Shown here: in pieces, positions 26,477 to 40,805 of the stretch
Position numbering within the stretch: the first letter of the stretch is position 1
How the letters are laid out: the number at the start of each line of letters is the position of its first letter
NCBI GenBank assembly: GCA_951406725.2
Contig: OX597814.1
Coordinates: 212,040,001-212,104,000, forward strand
DNA: 64,000 bases
Reading direction: 5' to 3'
DNA from: Octopus vulgaris
Lineage: Eukaryota
Program-made: the position numbers and the translations under genes
The notes under the pieces: generated by a model
Database searches by the model: none
Told to the model about the DNA's origin: nothing
Seen by the model: only the letters and a program-made list of their open reading frames with translations

Positions 26477-27737
26477 GCTTCAAGCGCTTGTTTCTTTTAG
26501 TTATATTTAATATTTTCTTTCTACATGTAGTTAGGATGTTATTTACTGCTCTAATGTTATTTAAGAGTCTTGTTTGTCAAAGTGCGAATTTTTAGTGGGT
26601 GGTTGAAAAATTCATGAAGTACAACATTAAAATGCATGCAATTCTCTATTACAATTTGTGAAGTTATGTGTTTCTTTAACTCACTTTAGACTCCTTTGAA
26701 ATTATTTTGAACTGATCTATAGAGTAGTATAGAATATATTTTAAGGGTAGATTTATTGAGTTATTTCTGAATGACAGTCTGTTTGCTAAAATTCTGTCGT
26801 TTTCCTTCATTTTCATGTTTTTTACAAATGGAATTACATAAGGCCATGTCGGTTTTCCTTTACTTTCCAAAGAATTAAAATATGAAGAATCGAAAGAAGA
26901 ATAACAGAAACTGATAAGTGATACAATACATAGTAGTGTTTCAAAACTACTAACACAACCTTCACATTAACTATACCATAAGAAATGTAGATATTTTTAT
27001 TGATGAGGTCTTAACTGGTATTTTAGTATTAGTACTGTTAGCACAATGATGAATGCAGCCAAGTGACAGAACCCTTAGCACGGAGGACAAGTGCATAGAG
27101 GTATATCCTTCGTCTCAATGTTTTGAGGGTGACTTTCCCTGTCATAATTTCGAGCTTCGATAAAATTAGTACTAGTCACATACTGGGGAGGAAATAATCG
27201 CAATTCCCCTCCTAACGAAAGCTATTTGCCTTCTTCCAAACTTTTAAATCCTTATTTGAATGATGGATACGCAGAAATATCGGATACAATATTTTCCGAT
27301 TTCTTCATAGAGCTCTTTATGCCAGAGTTTCACATATCTGTGAGATCCACTTTACTTTCCTTCTTTTCTTACTCATTATAATGTGTAACGTTCCAATATA
27401 AATCATGATTTATTTGCGACCTGCTGCCTATGTTATTAATATTATCTTTACCTTCTAATTTATACACACGAAAACACCTGTTCGCATATCGCATATTGCA
27501 GTTATTCCATTAATGTACAACGATTTATTAAAAGGGAAGGATTAACAGAGTCTTCTCAGTGTCGGAAACGTTTTGAGACATTTATCTACGTCCAATTATT
27601 TAACACGCTCGATCCAGATATGACTCTGTCTTTATATTATTGGGATGAATGCAATAAAAGGCTATCAATTAGTGAGGTTAATATATTCGAATTTCTCTAT
27701 TTCTAACGATATATGACATTAAACTTTTATGCAGTCC

Positions 27738-27932
27738 CCACCTTAGAACGCCTGGCAAAATGCACAACAGCATTTTCTCCGTCTTTTCCCTTCTGAGTTC
27801 AAATGCTGCCGAGGTCGATATTGACTTTCATCCTTCTGGGGTCGATAAAACAAGTCCCCACTTGAACATTGGGGTGGATCTAATCGACTTAGATCGTCAC
27901 TCCAAATTTCTGGTCTCGTGACAAAATTTGTC
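27738..27932 (+). mobile_element. SINE family A monomer
   Basis: TTCTGAGTTCAAATGCTGCCGAGGTCGA..CTTTCATCCTTCTGGGGTCGATAAA. Confidence 0.75.
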
Positions 27933-29114
27933 ACTATTATTTATGTCGTGTCTCATTTTTTCGGCCGTCCGTACATTTACTTCGTAATTATAATGTTCTG
28001 TATACACCTGGATTCCCAGTATATGTTTGAGTGTTTGGTCGCGCGGTGTTCGTATGCATGTATATGAGGATGTGCGTGTGAGCGCGCGTATGTGACTGTA
28101 CGGGATGGCATACGCGTTGTTTTGAAAATTTGCTTATTTGGCATTAATTCAGGCAATTGTTCATATACCAAATCAAGATATTTTATTTCACTATGTATGT
28201 GCTCTTCATGAAAAGAGCATTTTCTGTGCTTCAGTTTAGTTTCTCTAAAAATAACAGGATTTCACTTATTTGTTTGTTTTTATTTCATTCGATAAGTTAT
28301 CCTTTAGTTGCTGGGGATGATATATCAGTTGCATGACAGCTTATGTGACTATACTAAGAATAAAACAGGTGGGTAACTCAATACATCTATATATATCTGT
28401 CAACACTTGTACTCAGCATCATCCTCGAACTTCTGTTATTTCTTGGCACCATTTCATAATACTTAAGAAATTGCAATTGCGATGTTCATTTCACAGCTTT
28501 TCCTGCACATGATCACTCTTGATTTTCGTTTTCTATTTAACTTTTCAATACTGTTGCTGTACCATTTATATGTTATAATAATCATTTGTGGGTTGCATCG
28601 TGTATAACACTGAATCCCATCTTCTAATACACAATGTATCTGTACTTTATCTGGAATTGGATTGATTTTCGTTACCGCGCTTTCTGCTGTGTATCATGTT
28701 TTCTTAACATTGAATAGCATTGTCCCATGTCTCGGGACTAAAATTATGCAGATGAAAAATTTGGAAGCACATAGCAGAATTACAAATGTTCTGTTTTGTA
28801 GCATGAGGCCTCGCTGATTTATCTTTTGAATCCTTTAACGTTTCTCGAAATAAATATATTCGTATTCGAAACAGACTGAGACCCCATCATCATCTACAAA
28901 AAAACATCATTTGACCACTCAAACAATAGTTGTGTCTGCTAGTTGCTGCTATGGACTCAAATATGCTTTAAAGCTACAATCTCCGAATGCTCACAATAAA
29001 ATAAAGATGTTGGCGCTGTATTCATTAATGGCTGCATGTATTTTAAATCCCATCACAAACCAAAATAGCTCGAATATTTCTGTTCTATATTTAAGAGATG
29101 AGGAGTTATGTAGA

Positions 29115-29323
29115 TTATTTACATGATTTACATTTGACGGATATTTCTCATCATATTGTTTGTTGTTAACACAGCGTTTCGGTTGATACACCCTCCAGCC
29201 TTCATCAGGTGTCTTGGGGAAATTTCGAATCTGGATTCTCATTCCAATGGGGTAGTGGTTAAGAGCGGGCTACTAAACCCCAAGTTTCTGATATCGATTC
29301 CAGACAGTGATCTGAATACTACA

Positions 29324-29390
<67 letters not shown>

Positions 29391-29400
29391 TTATTACTAC

Positions 29401-29438
<38 letters not shown>

Positions 29439-29612
29439 TTAATAATAATAATAATATTAATAATAGCAACAACATCGAAAAATACCTTAGGAATGAGAAC
29501 TCAGGTTCGAGTTTTCCCTCAGACACCTGATGAAATCTGGAGGATATATCAGCCGAAACGTTGTGTTAACAACAAAGAAGATGAAGACAAATATCTGTCA
29601 AATTTAAATAAC
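29115..29612 (+). mobile_element. Element with tRNA-like head, (ACT)n(AAT)n and hammerhead tail, preceded by an inverted copy of its tail
   Basis: Arms ~29125-29246 and ~29490-29610 are reverse complements. Hammerheads at 29168-29213 (-) and 29522-29567 (+): GACAC-CTGATGA-..CTG..CAGCC-GAAAC-GTT-GTGTT. Head TAGTGGTTAAGAGC..ATCGATTCC at 29253-29301. Confidence 0.7.
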
Positions 29613-30608
29613 GTCGAATCTTTCAGTACTAATTGTTAGTGTCCACAAATTGTCAAATATTTCAAAGGGGAAATGTGGCTGCAGCACAGAAAATTTTCTT
29701 TTTAATCAGAACATGGCGGGCAGTATTATTTGCAAAAAATATTTCCTCTGTAATAAAATATCTTTACTTTCTGTTATCCGTAATGTTCGTTATGCAGATA
29801 ATTATGTTATTAGTTTTTATCAATCATTTGCTAACTAATCCAAAACAGTATACGAAATTTTAAGACAGTAGTTTTTAATTTTTTTCTTTAATTTGAGCCA
29901 TGTCTAAAAAAATACCAAATTTCTTGTTATAATTTACGTGCGGAAGGAGAACATTGATAAATCTTTTCCATACCTCAGGCAGATCTTAAGATAAATAATA
30001 CAATCAATCCAGACACCAGTCCTCAATACTTGTAACAGAGCAGACAACAAGAAAGAACTGCAATACCTGATTGATTTTGTTAAGTCGAAATACCGAAATT
30101 GATTTACATCTTTTCCATTACATTTTCTCGGTAATTAGCTATTGCTAATATTTCGGGATTCTGATTGCTAATTGAGACAAACATTTCCTTAAATGTTTCA
30201 TACAATATTTCAAGCTTTATTCATGTAAATATCAGTTTTTCCTTAGTACATATATATTGACTTGGAGCAAACTCAAAGTATAAAGTAAGGGCTGTTGTAA
30301 ATATTTATTATAAATTATGAGTTCGCTAATCGGGACGTTATTTCTTCTGGTGATAAGTCAAGGAGTAGGTTATTTAATAAGCTGATGCGATGTTACTATG
30401 GTTACTATAATGAAAATGAACGTTAGTGGTGCTGATGATAAAAATGATGGTGGGAACGTTGGACACTTGCGGATTGTGATCAACTGGTCACTGTGTAAAT
30501 ATTGGGCAAGGAAGGTGTAAGCTGATGTGGTTCCGATGTTAATAAATATAAAGCTGATGATGATGAATATGATAACGAAGGGGATGAGACAGGGGGGTAT
30601 TTTGAGCA

Positions 30609-30640
<32 letters not shown>

Positions 30641-30728
30641 AATGGTGGTGGTGGTGGTGGTGGTGTCGATCATGATGATGATGATGATATCGATGACGAT
30701 GATGGCGACGGTGATGAATATGATGAGG
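30609..30728. repeat. (GAT)n/(GGT)n trinucleotide tract within a wider decayed trinucleotide region
   Basis: Directly visible; source of the poly-D/G/H ORFs. Confidence 0.9.
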
Positions 30729-31759
30729 GATGAATAAATGGAAATAGCAGTAATTATACGAAGCAGTTGTTTGGAAAGGTAGGTAAGATTGTAGCTCCAG
30801 TGGCGTAGGGGATAATAGTGAAGGCAATTATAATCATCATCTTCGTCGTTATTGTCATCGTCATCTTCAGAATCGCGTTCACCACTGGCTTCTTAATATT
30901 AACAGCATCAATGTTTTTTAGCATTATTATAATTACCACTTTCTCATTAACACCTGCAAGATATTGAGCGCCATAATAGTTGATCAGTTTTTACCTCCCT
31001 CTCTAATGTAAAACCCCGTGTCACAAACTTTGTACAATCATCATCGCTCGCTATCATCAGCACAATTTCAGTTAGTTCTGTTATCATTATAAACCTCCTG
31101 CTATCAAGTAGCATGGCAGCCACATTGATTTCTACCCTCTTCATGGTTTACTACCGCTGCTACCTCCACAGCTTCATTCCTATTGTAATAAACAACATCA
31201 TCTACATCATCATCAAATTACTCACCACACTTAAACAACCCAAATTCTCCTTTTTGTTATTCAGCTTCTATTCTATTGCCACCCATTTATCATTACAGTT
31301 GGCGGAACTAACTTCATATTCAGCATCATGAACAACCTCATCCACTTCCAGTAACATCAGAATCCTTCCATTGTAGTTAGTTTTCTGCCCTTCTATACAA
31401 TTATCTTTCTATCTAGGCTTTTCTTTGACGAAACACAAAGTGTTTGGCAACATTTATATTTTTTGATAAAACATGCAAACTCACTTGTATGTAATTGTTG
31501 TACTAGTTTCTTATCATTATTCATTTCTCCACTTTTTTGTTCGGGGGAATATCTTTATTGCAACAGTCTTGATTCCGAAATATTTCACAATATTCCGTCT
31601 GCAGTTTGTAATGGCAATAATTTCTAGCAGTGTATTTGAAAAATGAATGTACTAGTTGTCCAATACTTTCTGTCAATTATAATCAAATTACAATTTAATT
31701 TAAAACTAAGCTGAATATTCTAATGACTCGTATAGAATGTTTGAATTTTAGGCTTTCTC

Positions 31760-33280
31760 AATCTCATGGATTTCAACTCAATTCCAATCTAGCAAGTATT
31801 CTAAGTGTTGTAATGGAGGTAGGCAACATATTCAGAGAATTGCCGATCATCTTCGTTATGCAAAGGCTGCAGAAAACGATTCATAAACTTCCTCCTTGAG
31901 AAGCTAAGATATATTCACCATAATGTATCAAATAATAGTTAAAGAGATTTCGAAAAGCATATTAATAATGATCGTTCTTTCCCTCCAGCGAAAAACTAAT
32001 ATTTCCTTTATAAACAATCATAAAGAATTGCATGCAATGTAAACGTTATTTATATTTCATAGATATAAACGAAGAATACCCGATCTGCAAGTAAATAAAT
32101 AGGATCTTTATTTTTATATAGTGGTTGATCTTCCCTTGGGGAAGAGTAATTTAGATTCTTCATACTTTTTATATTATACAAACATAGTGGGAGATGATAT
32201 CCCTCGTACACGATTTATATATATTCATGCACACTAAATGATGGGTATCAATAGGATTCCAGCTTTAGAACATAAAAGACGAGTTTAGTTTGCTGCCTGA
32301 TCGAGGTTTGCCAGTTACCATACAAAGTTAATAAACACGATATTACTCTCCTTCATATAAGAACACGTAAGTCTAGATGTTCTTTCTAGTACTGCAGAAG
32401 TGTGTTACTAAATGAATATTATCAACAAATGTCGATAATATTTATTAAATTGGAACTGAGTATTAAGTATTATTACCGTGTATTATTATCTTTAAACTGC
32501 AAGTGAAAGTTGCAGTGGGGTGATATGACAGAAACAACTCTAATTTCTAAAGCAAGCAGAGTTATATAAAATTTCATCGTTTTCACAAAAAACACAAATT
32601 CAAATCCCTCAAAACAACCTCTAGAAACAGTACCCTAGATACTATCGACTCATTATTAACATCATAAAACACATCCAAAGTTTGAAATCTAATGACACTG
32701 TTGAGCTTTATCTAAAGATAAAATTCCTCTCATGAATACCTGCTGGTTCCTTACAACTTATAATAAAGATAAATGTTGCAGAGGATATCACATCTTGGGC
32801 TTTCACCTCGATACATTCACAAGTATAAGCGGTAGACTCAATATCACCATCACAAACATTTCTAAACGGATACTGGGAAAAACTGGCTATCGCACAATAA
32901 TAATCTCTTCCATTAAAGTTAACATTCTGCCTGCTCACTGAAATTTTATATTGCATATTTTATACTGCACATTTCATTTTGTGACGCAACATAGAGTCAA
33001 GTATGTTTTTAATGACATAGTAAAGAACATGCTTGCATTAGAGTGAATAGGATTAAAGACCGTTATTGGTGAATTAATGAGTATCAAGCAACCCGGAATA
33101 GAGTCAAAGTCTATTAACCAAGAACACGAAATTTCTCCAGTCAATATATTCCTTAAACGGCCATCAGCGACGTATGAAACATACGTGTTAGTCTGAACTA
33201 TGCCGTGATAGATAAGCATCTACTGAATGTAGTAAGACGTTGTGTGAGACGGACACAATAAATATCAAGTTACCAATTGA
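31760..33280 (-). pseudogene. Heavily decayed CR1-group LINE RT region
   Basis: Motif remnants in the expected order on the minus strand: VSYVADG (YADD-like), WNP, GNSLNMLPTSI. Confidence 0.35.
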
Positions 33281-34377
33281 ACTACAATGACACACCAAAT
33301 ATACGAATATTAAATGCATAGCTTGACCAGTTACTGACATAAATATTAATTCCATTTCTCTTTTTTCTGAATGACACAGAACTCATCTCAATTTACATAC
33401 GTATCAAACAACCGCGTACTCTTAATAACTTAAACATGTCTTGAAATAACAATTTGCATATAGCAGGAAATGCGAGTTGTTCATTTCCCACTACAAAAGC
33501 GATGGAGCGTTGGCAGGAAAAATTTACCATACTCTGATACTATTGCACTGCCAGAAGCATCGGGGAGAATCCATCTGAAGAGAGAGAGTTATGTGTACAG
33601 ACATGGGTGTAACATCGACTAAACATTGTCAAAATAAGCAAGAGCAAGGTAAAAGAGCTTTTAGGGGGTAAGCAACGTCCAGGGTTAATTTAATTAAAGT
33701 TTGGCTTTTGTTGTAGTCTCTTGAGCTAACTGTGACATCTATTCAGCAATAATATTTCTAATATTTACATATACAAGGTTCATATACGTCCAGTGAATGT
33801 TCATACGACATAGGTATACAGCCGCCGCACACAGACACATGTACAAACACACATACATACATTTGCATGAGTATATATCTATATATTTATGTTATATATA
33901 TATACATATATATTCATGTATCCATATATATATATATATACATATATACGTATAATATATATATATATATATTTATATGCATAGGGAGGGAGAGAGATAG
34001 GAAAGGGAGAGTTATATATTAGTATGTTAGTGTGTGTGTGTGTGTGACTGTCTACACCTACGTGACTGCCTTTTGGAGAATAAATTTCGATTCTGAAGTT
34101 TGCTAATATCTAATTTGCAAAGTAGATTCTTGGACACATGATAATTTTGATAATAGTATTCTAGGGGAAAAAATACAGAAACAACACATACACCTGAGGT
34201 CATATATCTATATCCATGCAACACATATAGACATGCATACACATATATATATATATACAAACACACATACATGCGGGCATATATACAAACATACATACAT
34301 ATATAGTTATACGCACGCATACACACACTTACGCAGTCCCCCCACACACACACGCACACACACACACATACAAATAT

Positions 34378-34442
<65 letters not shown>

Positions 34443-35444
34443 TATGCATTGTGCACTTCCTCTGGTTTACACTTTCCCTACGCTTGCTTATTAGCTCTGT
34501 ATAATTCATTTATACACATTGATAGCATCAAACATTCAGATGCAATTCTCCGCAATGGTTTCATTGCTTTTAGCTTCAGTTGATAGACATATCAATGTCT
34601 ATACTTAGTATCATTTTTTTTTTCTGCCAAACATCATAGTCTGGCCCATTGTTAACTGCTTGCTGCATTTCCTGATATTTCATTGTGGCATATATGAATA
34701 AATGAGATACAGCCCAATGGTTACTACTTTAAGAGAAAGTATATATTTAAGAATATGGTATATAAATGAGTTAGGCCTTCACTTCACTGATTTCAGGCAT
34801 TATTTGGTCCTTATATTTTCATCCTTATCATAACTAATTTTTTATACGAACATCAGGATATTAATATTTGTTTCTAAATGTAATACAAAATAACTTCAAA
34901 ATATAATACGTACCTCTTCGTCAAAATTTTAAATTCTCTATAACCCCGATATCCAGATATATTTCACCTTCCATATAGATGATGATAGGAAAATATTTTA
35001 TTTATAATCACATCGATAATGCCGGAGCATTTCAAAAACTTTTGTTGTATAAATGGTTAACTCGTAGTACATTCCTATTAGTAGCGGAAGAAAATCACGG
35101 AGAAGCGCTGATCTATGGTATATCGCCGGTCTGATATTGAATTAAGGTATAAGAAAGGTGGACGTAGATTTTGGCTGGATAGACTAACAGAACGCCTACA
35201 TTAATATTTCACAGTGATTGACCACGCTCGGAGTCAATCAGAAGACTGGTAACTGGCACTTATTTTCTTTTGAAAAAGAGATGAAATCATGCAGAAAAAA
35301 AATCATTAGGAAATGCTAAAAGAAAAAAATAAAACACTGGGTAATATTTTAGGCAGAGTCGATCTACACATCACTGTTTGTTGTTGCATTCATCCCTCTG
35401 ACTAGAATAATTAAAAACCCAGCCCTGCATAATACGTGGTTAAA

Positions 35445-35560
35445 ATGATTTGCCTAATATACATGGATGACTCTATATTGAAGACAACAAATGAAAAACG
35501 TGAATTGTTTAATTCAAGTACTAAGGATATTTACCAATGATATCGCTATGCTTTTTGGGG
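35445..35560 (+). pseudogene. R4/Dong-like RT fragment
   Basis: LIYMDD...LRIFTNDIAMLFG resembles the R4 consensus LLYMDD...FS.DIGM.FG. Confidence 0.55.
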
Positions 35561-35613
35561 TAAATATTTTCCCAATTTTAGTTGGAAAAGAGGCGGCAAG
35601 TAATTTTAATATT

Positions 35614-35663
35614 TCTATTATTGAAAACAAGTGGATATATTCCACCGAAACTAGGTAAATAGA
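35614..35663 (+). ncRNA. Hammerhead-like motif, U3:A8, slightly irregular
   Basis: TCTATT-a-TTGAAAA-caa-GTGGA.tatat.TCCAC-c-GAAAC-TAG-GTA-AATAGA; stems I and II perfect, with extra junction bases. Confidence 0.55.
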
Positions 35664-35711
35664 TTCATCGAACAGGGACAGTCAGTAGCGACACCTGCTG
35701 GGTTTGACTAC

Positions 35712-35754
35712 GCTGCATTGATAAAGGGCAACTACCCTGAAACGCGTCTGCAGC
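35712..35754 (+). ncRNA. Type I hammerhead ribozyme, U3:A8 variant, at the apex of a long hairpin
   Basis: GCTGCA-TTGATAA-AGGG.caacta.CCCT-GAAAC-GC-GTC-TGCAGC; all stems perfect. Confidence 0.85.
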
Positions 35755-35952
35755 TGTCTGACTAGCAGGATGAAGCGGCTGACCTTCCCTGTTCGAAAGT
35801 CTATAATGCACGCAGATTGTGTGTCAAATAGCTAGCTTGAGGCGGTGGCCTCTTGGAGCTAATCATCGACAGCTTTAGTCTTATATTTATAAGATTGCCC
35901 ATATTAGTATCGCGATAACTATTAATATATATATATATAGATATATATATAT

Positions 35953-35994
<42 letters not shown>

Positions 35995-36129
35995 ATAAGA
36001 TGATACCATTGGATCCCTGAGAAATTATGAGGGATACAAGTACAGGGTTATTCTCTATATGCATATATTCCAGGACAGTCATTTTTAATATGATATTTAA
36101 TATTATTTTATTAACATCATAACGCACTG

Positions 36130-36820
36130 GGAGGTATCACCTTGACGGCAATTTATGGCAGTTTCTTATCGCATGCGTTATGTCGTCTACATAAATGAAA
36201 TATTCCGAATGTTTGTTTACAATCTGGGGCTCCAGAGGATTGACTGACTCCTCTGCTCAGGAGGTACCGACGTAATTGCCTGTTCTGGACTCGCAAATGT
36301 ATAGACTTCGAAGTAGGATTTGAGGTGTCAGTCACGAGTTCAAGAAAGGCTACACTTCATGTCGATCTTATTATCATCCACATGTTTTCAGTAAAATACC
36401 TATGCGTATTTTGCATGTTTCTAGCGCGCTGAGTATTTCCTCTCCAATACATTTTTAAGTATGTTATTCTATATTTGTCTTAGGGTCGGACGGGTAGCCA
36501 CCAGGAAGAGAGTTCGTGAAAGGCTCACTGCTGACTTACTGGATACTTTTTTCCTATTTAAGCAGGTAGTCTTGGAGAGATACAATTTCGACATTGGGAA
36601 TATATCTGCTCTAATCTCAAGTCTTTTACCTACATTTTTCTTCTAAGAGACTGACGACAACACTATCTATTCGATGTTTCCTTATTTTGACATATCTATA
36701 GGGTGAATTTGCTCTACAGTAAAGCAAATTATCCCAAACAGTAGCATCATCAGTGGTACTGCAAATATATAGTGGAACAAAGCCTTTTTGTAAAGGAAGA
36801 ACACTCACTGCCATATTTAT
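36130..36820 (-). pseudogene. Decayed LINE RT remnant
   Basis: Minus strand AVSVLPLQK, GVSQSSGAP and (frameshifted) YVDDIT, in RT motif order. Confidence 0.4.
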
Positions 36821-36957
36821 TAAAATCTGGTGTAACACATTCTGGTGTAACTTCAGATATTAGTAATTTACTGGTATTTTCAAGCTTCTTAAGATGATTT
36901 CAAAATATTTTTACTGAGAGAGATATCAGACATATAGAAATTAGATTTTATATATTC

Positions 36958-37352
36958 TTTTGTATTCTAGGCAAAAGGCCCGAACTTTTGGGGGAGGGGG
37001 CCAGTCGATTAGATTGACCCTAGTACACAACTGATACTTAATTTATCGACCCCGAAAGGATGAAAGGAAAAGTCGACCTCGGCGGAATTTCAACTCAGAA
37101 AGTAAAGACAGACGAAATACCTATTTCTTTACTACCCACAAGGGACTAAACACAGAGGGGACAAACAAGGACAGACAAACGGATTAAGTCGATTACATCG
37201 ATCTCAGTGCGTAACTGGTACTTAATTGTTCGATCCTGAAAGTATGAAAGGCAAAGTCGACCTCGGCGGAATTTGCACTCATAACGTAACGGCAGACAAA
37301 ATACGGCTATGCATTTCGCCCGGCGTGCTAACGTTTCTGCCAGTTCGCCGCC
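36958..37352 (-). mobile_element. Dimeric SINE family A
   Basis: Two AAAGTCGACCTCGGCGGAATTT units; flanked by TAG(A/C)TTTTATATATT direct repeats. Confidence 0.9.
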
Positions 37353-38237
37353 TGGTAGCTTTTATATATTAACTACAAAACAGCTTTGTAATAATTCTAA
37401 TCAACCAGCTTTAAAAAAGAAATTAGTATAAATTAGTCGAAGAGAAATTTAAAAAGAAAATTTTGCTCAATATTGAAATAAATACATAATGTATGTATAA
37501 CTCCATAATATATTTATGTAAAAATTAATTTCCTGCAATGGGGCTATGCATAATAATGCGTACACTACTGATATGTGTTAAGTAGAAACATGAAATACAG
37601 GAAGTGAGACAAGTTTTCTGTTTATACTCGCCATGATATAGAAACAGTTGATACTCGGAAACACGTAGTCGGCAAGGGTACAAATGTTCAAGATGAGTGT
37701 TTGCATTACCAAAATAAACGTCAAAATTAAAATTGAAAATGAACATCATAAATTACATTTAAAGTAATTTTAGATATGAATATCAGTTATTTCGTTCAAA
37801 ATAATTTTATGCAAAGCAATTAACAGGAGAAAAAGACATAGTAATGTGGTGCAATGACATAATGACATGACTTGCACTTAATTATATGAACAGCGAAAAC
37901 AAATAAATGGAATTTAATATTGTCTTACAGGAATGAGATATTAAATGAATTGGAGTAGTAGATACCTCGCAACTGTAACAACCATTTCTCTTTCGTGAAA
38001 GAAAGAGATTGGCAAGGCGAAATATCAGGTGTGAAGCAATTTAGTGACACGAACAATATGTGTATATCCGTGCGTAAGCATGTATGTATATACACGTATA
38101 TATATATATGTATATATATGTATATATGTATGTATATATATATATGTGTGTGTGTGTGCGTGCTTGTGTACATACACAATATACATATACATTACACTGC
38201 ACACACACACACACAAACACACACAACAACACACACA

Positions 38238-38327
<90 letters not shown>

Positions 38328-39654
38328 CTTTAATTTCGTTTTGGGATTTGGTTTGCAAGATTCTTTATGTGAGCTCGTGCGTTGAAGCATATTCTTTTGT
38401 GTCTGGAGAGACTCATATTCTTTAATTTCATTTACAGGAAATGTTTTGAATATGCATGTAAAAGCACTTATTCTATTACGCCAGCTACAGTCTAACGATG
38501 CCAGCTGGTAAAACCAGTTTTGTGGGGGTTGCACCGATCTGCGCTGATATAACATGCGATCATTATAGTAATAACAGTAATAATGGAAACGCGCGTAGCG
38601 ATGCATTGAAATATTTATAAATTCCAACAAAGGATACCTGTTATTACTATACTCTTTTGATAAATATATACACATATTCATATAATAATGATTCATTTTC
38701 ATGTGACGTTATAAAAACATACATATATACCGGCTCTAACATATTTATTTTGGGCATAATACGAATTCTGTTTTGCTTCCTCTTATCAAGCGAAGCCAAA
38801 CCAATCAGCGTGGAAAGTAACTGTGTAAAATAAACATATTTTCATCACAATAAGTACATAGCAAAAAGTACAGTATTCTTAGTAATATTAAATGAGCAAT
38901 CCTTATCTACAAGTTTCTACTATCATGAATCCTCCTCACACGCTTTCATAGCGTATGTCTATCAATATAATATCTTGATTGAATTTCCTCTGATATAATA
39001 TACTGAAACTACTTAGTTTTCCTGGAAATATATCTACAAGGTCACGGAGTAACTCAATATTTATGCTTGTATGAACACCAATATTTAAAATTCATCCAGC
39101 AAATTTTGATACAATTCTTCATAGTTTCTTACTTCTTAAATAATAAGAATAATCCATACTTGGGGAAAGATACATATTTATTAATAAATTCTATGAAAAT
39201 CGAAAATCTGGAGTGCATTCAAATTTTGGGACTCTCGATGACACCATCTTCATGTTTTGCACCTGATTTGTAAAATTTTGCCAACAAATGTATGTGAACT
39301 GATGCCAGTGTTTTGTAATGTTTTCATCAATTTGCATCATCTATGCCGGTTTGATATGGAATGAAAATATTGATTTACCATCTTCATCAGAGACGGGGAA
39401 ATGGTATAATTCGTGAATTCACTTTACTGCACAAATATTAAGTTAATCATAGTATTAAGTTCATTATAGTATTAAGGTCACAAGTATTAAGTTCATCATA
39501 TGCAGCATGTTGAAATATATAAAGTAAAATAACGCTCAAAACAATTTTTGTAATATCTTTTTAATATTGTCATATAAAGAATTACTATGATAGAAATGAG
39601 ATGTGAATACCAGTTGCTATTCGCATTAAAGCACATTTCAAGCGTTTACTCTGT

Positions 39655-40060
39655 TACCCTTTTACGTGTTTCAGTCATTTGACTGCAGCCATGCTGGAGC
39701 ACCACCTTGAATCGAGCAACTCGACCCCGGGACTTATTCTTTTGTAAGCCCAGTACTTATTCTATCGGTTTCTTTTGTCGAACCGCTAAGTAACGGGGAC
39801 ATAAACACACTAGCATCGGTTGTCAAGCAATGCTAGAGAGACAAACACAGACACACAAACACACACACGCACATATATATATATATATATACATATATAC
39901 GACGGGCTTCTTTCAGTTTCCGTCTACCAAATCCACACACAAGGCTTTGGTCGGCCCGAGGCTATAGTAGAAGACACTTGCCCGAGATGCCACGCAGTGG
40001 GACTGAAACCGGAACCATGTGGTTGGTAAACACGCTACTTACCACACAGCCACACCTGCG
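39655..40060 (-). mobile_element. Full-length SINE family C (tRNA head, CORE-like segment, internal microsatellite)
   Basis: Minus strand head TGGCTGTGTGGTAAGTAGC..GGTTTCAGTCCC, then TCGGGCAAGTGTCTTCTACTATAGCC resembling the CORE domain. Confidence 0.85.
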
Positions 40061-40805
40061 TTTAGTTAGGATTTATTTATAAACTCTATAGTATTCTTGA
40101 CGATAATACAGTATTCCTGTTTCCCGAGACACTCTTAAAGTCTAATTTCAGTATAGAAGTTCTATATTTTATATCAAGTGCGAAATAATGTTTTCAACCG
40201 ATAACCTGTTGACGTTTGTTCCAGTTTAAGACAATTTATCCAGACGCTTCAAGTTCGGATGCTCGATTTGGCACACAAGATTGTCGTAAAAATATTGTAG
40301 AGCACCTTCATAGACGTACCACAACATTTATAATGCAAAAGTTAGTTTGTGGGCTCTATCAAATTTGTAGCTACACCGAGATACAGCTTAACCCTCTTTC
40401 TTTATTTTCCATTATCGTAGGAGTTCATTATACATTTACTATAATTATCAGTAACCCAACATTTATTTTGATCCCCAAGATTCACTTTAAAATACATAAA
40501 GTGTACTTGCATATGTCTGTAATAAGTTTTCTTTGCTTAAAGATAAAGATATCTTGACGCATAGAATCGATTAAGCAACTTCTTCGTATTAAGTTACATG
40601 AAAAGGTCGCTTACCATTAGATAAGTCACATCTATTTGCTAAAGGCGATACGATTTCAGTAAAATAATTTCATGGTAAAACATATAGGAGAACAGGTTGG
40701 TGGATAGCAACACACAGCAAATTATTCTGTATCTGCCTAGACTTCTAAGTAATTGTGGTAAATGTGGATACCTAGTTTTGTTTTACAAATACTGCAGCAA
40801 CAATT

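Noticed and set aside
30370-30939. Poly-His/Asp/Gly ORFs
   Set aside because: Products of decayed trinucleotide repeats with no domain context.
38262-38702. 146 aa ORF and nearby splice-acceptor-like sequences as a possible host exon
   Set aside because: No recognisable domain, it runs into (TA)n, and the other frames have stops.
39340-39393. Minus-strand CTGATGA..ATGG/CCAT..CAAACCGGCA hammerhead-like motif
   Set aside because: Two essential positions are changed; plausibly a relic but not counted.
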